Shown in pieces: positions 55,682 to 57,410 of a stretch of DNA of 57,410 nt. The stretch lies in IMG/VR virus record IMGVR_UViG_3300015199_000003, positions 1 to 57,410 of that record; one strand, given 5' to 3'. A program made the translations under genes and the position numbers. The stretch is from a virus (taxonomy: Duplodnaviria; Caudoviricetes). The notes under the pieces are model-generated. The model did not search any database, had not been told where the DNA came from, and saw nothing but the letters and a program-made list of their open reading frames with translations. Numbering within the stretch: position 1 is the first letter of the stretch; each line of letters starts with the position of its first letter.

Positions 55682-56292
55682 TGCCACGCGAATTTACTGA
55701 CTCTCCTGCTGTGCGCTCGCAAGTGCCGTTGCTGCGCGCTAAGCGCAAGCCGTCGATCGTCAGTAAATGCGAGCGCTGCTCGAAAGAATTCAAGCACCGT
55801 GCGAGCAGAGCGTCGAGATTTTGTTCTGCGCGATGCCACAATGAGGCAAGGCGAACTCGCCCAATTCCTATCGCGAGACCATGCGAAGTTTGTGGAACAG
55901 AATTCACGCCGGCGCGGCATCGCGGCGACGCGCGTTATTGCTCAAAGCCGTGCATTTGGAAGGCAACCAAAGGGCCTGAGTTTAATGCTCGAATTGCCAG
56001 AGAGACGGCTGCCAGTCGTGCTGATGCTCAACGCGGAACTGGCAAAAATGGATACGTCAAACTAAACGGGCGACATGAGCATCGCGTAGTCGCGGAGAAG
56101 ATGCTCGGCAGACCGCTGGCTGACAGTGAGATCGTCCATCATATCGACGGCAACAAGCACAACAACGACCCATCGAATCTGATGGTGATGACGCAAGGCG
56201 AGCACATGCGCGAGCATGGATTAGGCATCCCCGGAAAGAAGTTGTCTTGGAAGCCTTGGGAAAAGCGAGGGAAGAAAAATGCGAACGTTTGA
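55681..56292 (+). CDS. HNH homing endonuclease with Zn-finger repeats
   Basis: CERC..FCS..C, CEVC..YCS..C, EHRVVAEKMLGR, VHHIDGNKHNNDPSNL. Confidence 0.9.
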   Translation: MPREFTDSPAVRSQVPLLRAKRKPSIVSKCERCSKEFKHRASRASRFCSARCHNEARRTRPIPIARPCEVCGTEFTPARHRGDARYCSKPCIWKATKGPEFNARIARETAASRADAQRGTGKNGYVKLNGRHEHRVVAEKMLGRPLADSEIVHHIDGNKHNNDPSNLMVMTQGEHMREHGLGIPGKKLSWKPWEKRGKKNANV

Positions 56293-57217
56293 CGACAAGC
56301 CGGCAGAGAGAACCCAAGTGCCTCTGTTGATTGGTTTGGTTTCCCCGTCAGGGGGTGGCAAGACTATGAGCGCCCTGAGGCTCGCGACCGGAATGCAACA
56401 GGTTTGCGGTGGGCTGATCTTTGGAATCGACACCGAAGCGCGGCGAATGTGCCACTACGCCGACATGTTCAAGTTCCAACATGTTCCGTTTTCGGCACCC
56501 TTCGATCCGTTGTCTTACCTCGCGGCGGTCGAGCATTGCGCCAACAAGGGCGCGAAGATCATCATCATCGACTCAGCTTCCCACATGCACGAAGGACCTG
56601 GCGGCACATTGGAAGCGCATGCGGCCGAGGTCGAGCGCATCGCGGCCGCTTGGAAGTGCGATCACAACAAGGCGCTCATACCCGCCTGGGCGAAACCCAA
56701 AGCCGATCTAAGGCGCTTTCTCAACTCGATCCTGCAATTGGAAGTCAATCTAATCTTCTGCTTCCGCGCCAAGGACAAGATCAAGGTGCGACCCGGCAAG
56801 CAACCCGAGCAGCTTGGCTATATGCCGATCGCCGGGGAAGAGATGATCTTCGAGATGACGCTGAATTGTCTTCTCTATCCGAACAGCGGCGGGGTTCCGA
56901 CGTGGCAACCCGATGAACTTGGCGAGAAGGCGATCATCAAGTTGCCGCAGCAGTTCCGCGACGTCTTCGCGACCAAGCAACCGCTCAGCGAGGACATTGG
57001 CAGAGCGCTCGCCGAATGGGCGCGCGGCGGAGCAACCACGAAAGCCGATCCCCTGGAGGCCGGTCATGCGGCTGCGGAGAAAGGCTCTGAGTCGCTCAAA
57101 GTGTTCTGGAAGACTCTCACGTCGGCTCAGCAGAAAGAACTCAAGCCGACGCTGGACAGCGAATGGAAGTTTCTGGCCAGTGTCGCGGATGATAAAGCCG
57201 CGAAGCGAGCAACATGA
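56279..57217 (+). CDS. Sak4-like AAA ATPase (single-strand annealing protein)
   Basis: SPSGGGKT, IDTE, IIIDSASH, FRAK. Confidence 0.8.
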   Translation: MRTFDDKPAERTQVPLLIGLVSPSGGGKTMSALRLATGMQQVCGGLIFGIDTEARRMCHYADMFKFQHVPFSAPFDPLSYLAAVEHCANKGAKIIIIDSASHMHEGPGGTLEAHAAEVERIAAAWKCDHNKALIPAWAKPKADLRRFLNSILQLEVNLIFCFRAKDKIKVRPGKQPEQLGYMPIAGEEMIFEMTLNCLLYPNSGGVPTWQPDELGEKAIIKLPQQFRDVFATKQPLSEDIGRALAEWARGGATTKADPLEAGHAAAEKGSESLKVFWKTLTSAQQKELKPTLDSEWKFLASVADDKAAKRAT

Positions 57218-57410
57218 ACTCAGACTACGAATGCTTCGTGCGGACAATCATGGCGAATCCGGCCGATCAGCTCGCGCGGCTGGTGTTCGCGGATTGGCTG
57301 GAGGACAACGCTGATTGGCTGCCGAGTCACGGCTATCTGATCGCTGGCGATATGCGCAGTACGCCGGCGCTTTGTGGTGGTGGTGGTGGTGGTGATGGTG
57401 GTGGTGGTGG
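57214..57410 (+). CDS. 3'-partial TIGR02996-like domain protein running into the Gly repeat
   Basis: FVRTIMANPADQLARLVFADWLEDN, then GGGGGGDGGGG. Confidence 0.75.
   Translation, partial: MNSDYECFVRTIMANPADQLARLVFADWLEDNADWLPSHGYLIAGDMRSTPALCGGGGGGDGGGG

Noticed and set aside
1-57410. CRISPR array, DGR or retron
   Set aside because: No repeat-spacer array and no reverse transcriptase seen. The 240-bp repeat differences are not adenine-specific.
57373-57410. Telomere-like terminal repeats
   Set aside because: They are in-frame Gly/Asp codons within an ORF, better explained as an assembly break.

Overview
The window looks like a complete or near-complete ~57.4 kb temperate siphovirus genome in its excised, circular state. 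An attP-like tRNA-Arg 3' half sits internally next to the integrase, and both ends break in the same GGT/GAT repeat. Several protein families point to a Planctomycetota host, probably Gemmataceae: TIGR02996-like, DUF1580-like, the 'PILADALxDAGC' family and a planctomycete-type cytochrome c. This host call is an inference from recognised motifs; no search was run. Gene order is: replication (initiator, DnaB, RusA); DNA modification (C5 MTase, DndC/PAPS-reductase-like, two Dam-type MTases, HerA-like ATPase); lambda-like cos candidate; an XRE-controlled accessory island with gene relics; terminase, portal, S49 protease, capsid, decoration and tail genes; a GT/GT2/MTase cassette; a late accessory block; attP/integrase; immunity; early recombination genes. 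The most unusual features are: (1) a late cassette with two exported CxxCH c-type cytochromes, a secreted peptide and a TM-PAS protein; (2) two tandem divergent switches built from ribbon-helix-helix proteins, with different operators; (3) two HNH genes carrying a copy of the N-terminus of the gene downstream; (4) an astacin-like protease where an endolysin would be expected; (5) a tRNA-like RNA with an expanded anticodon arm.
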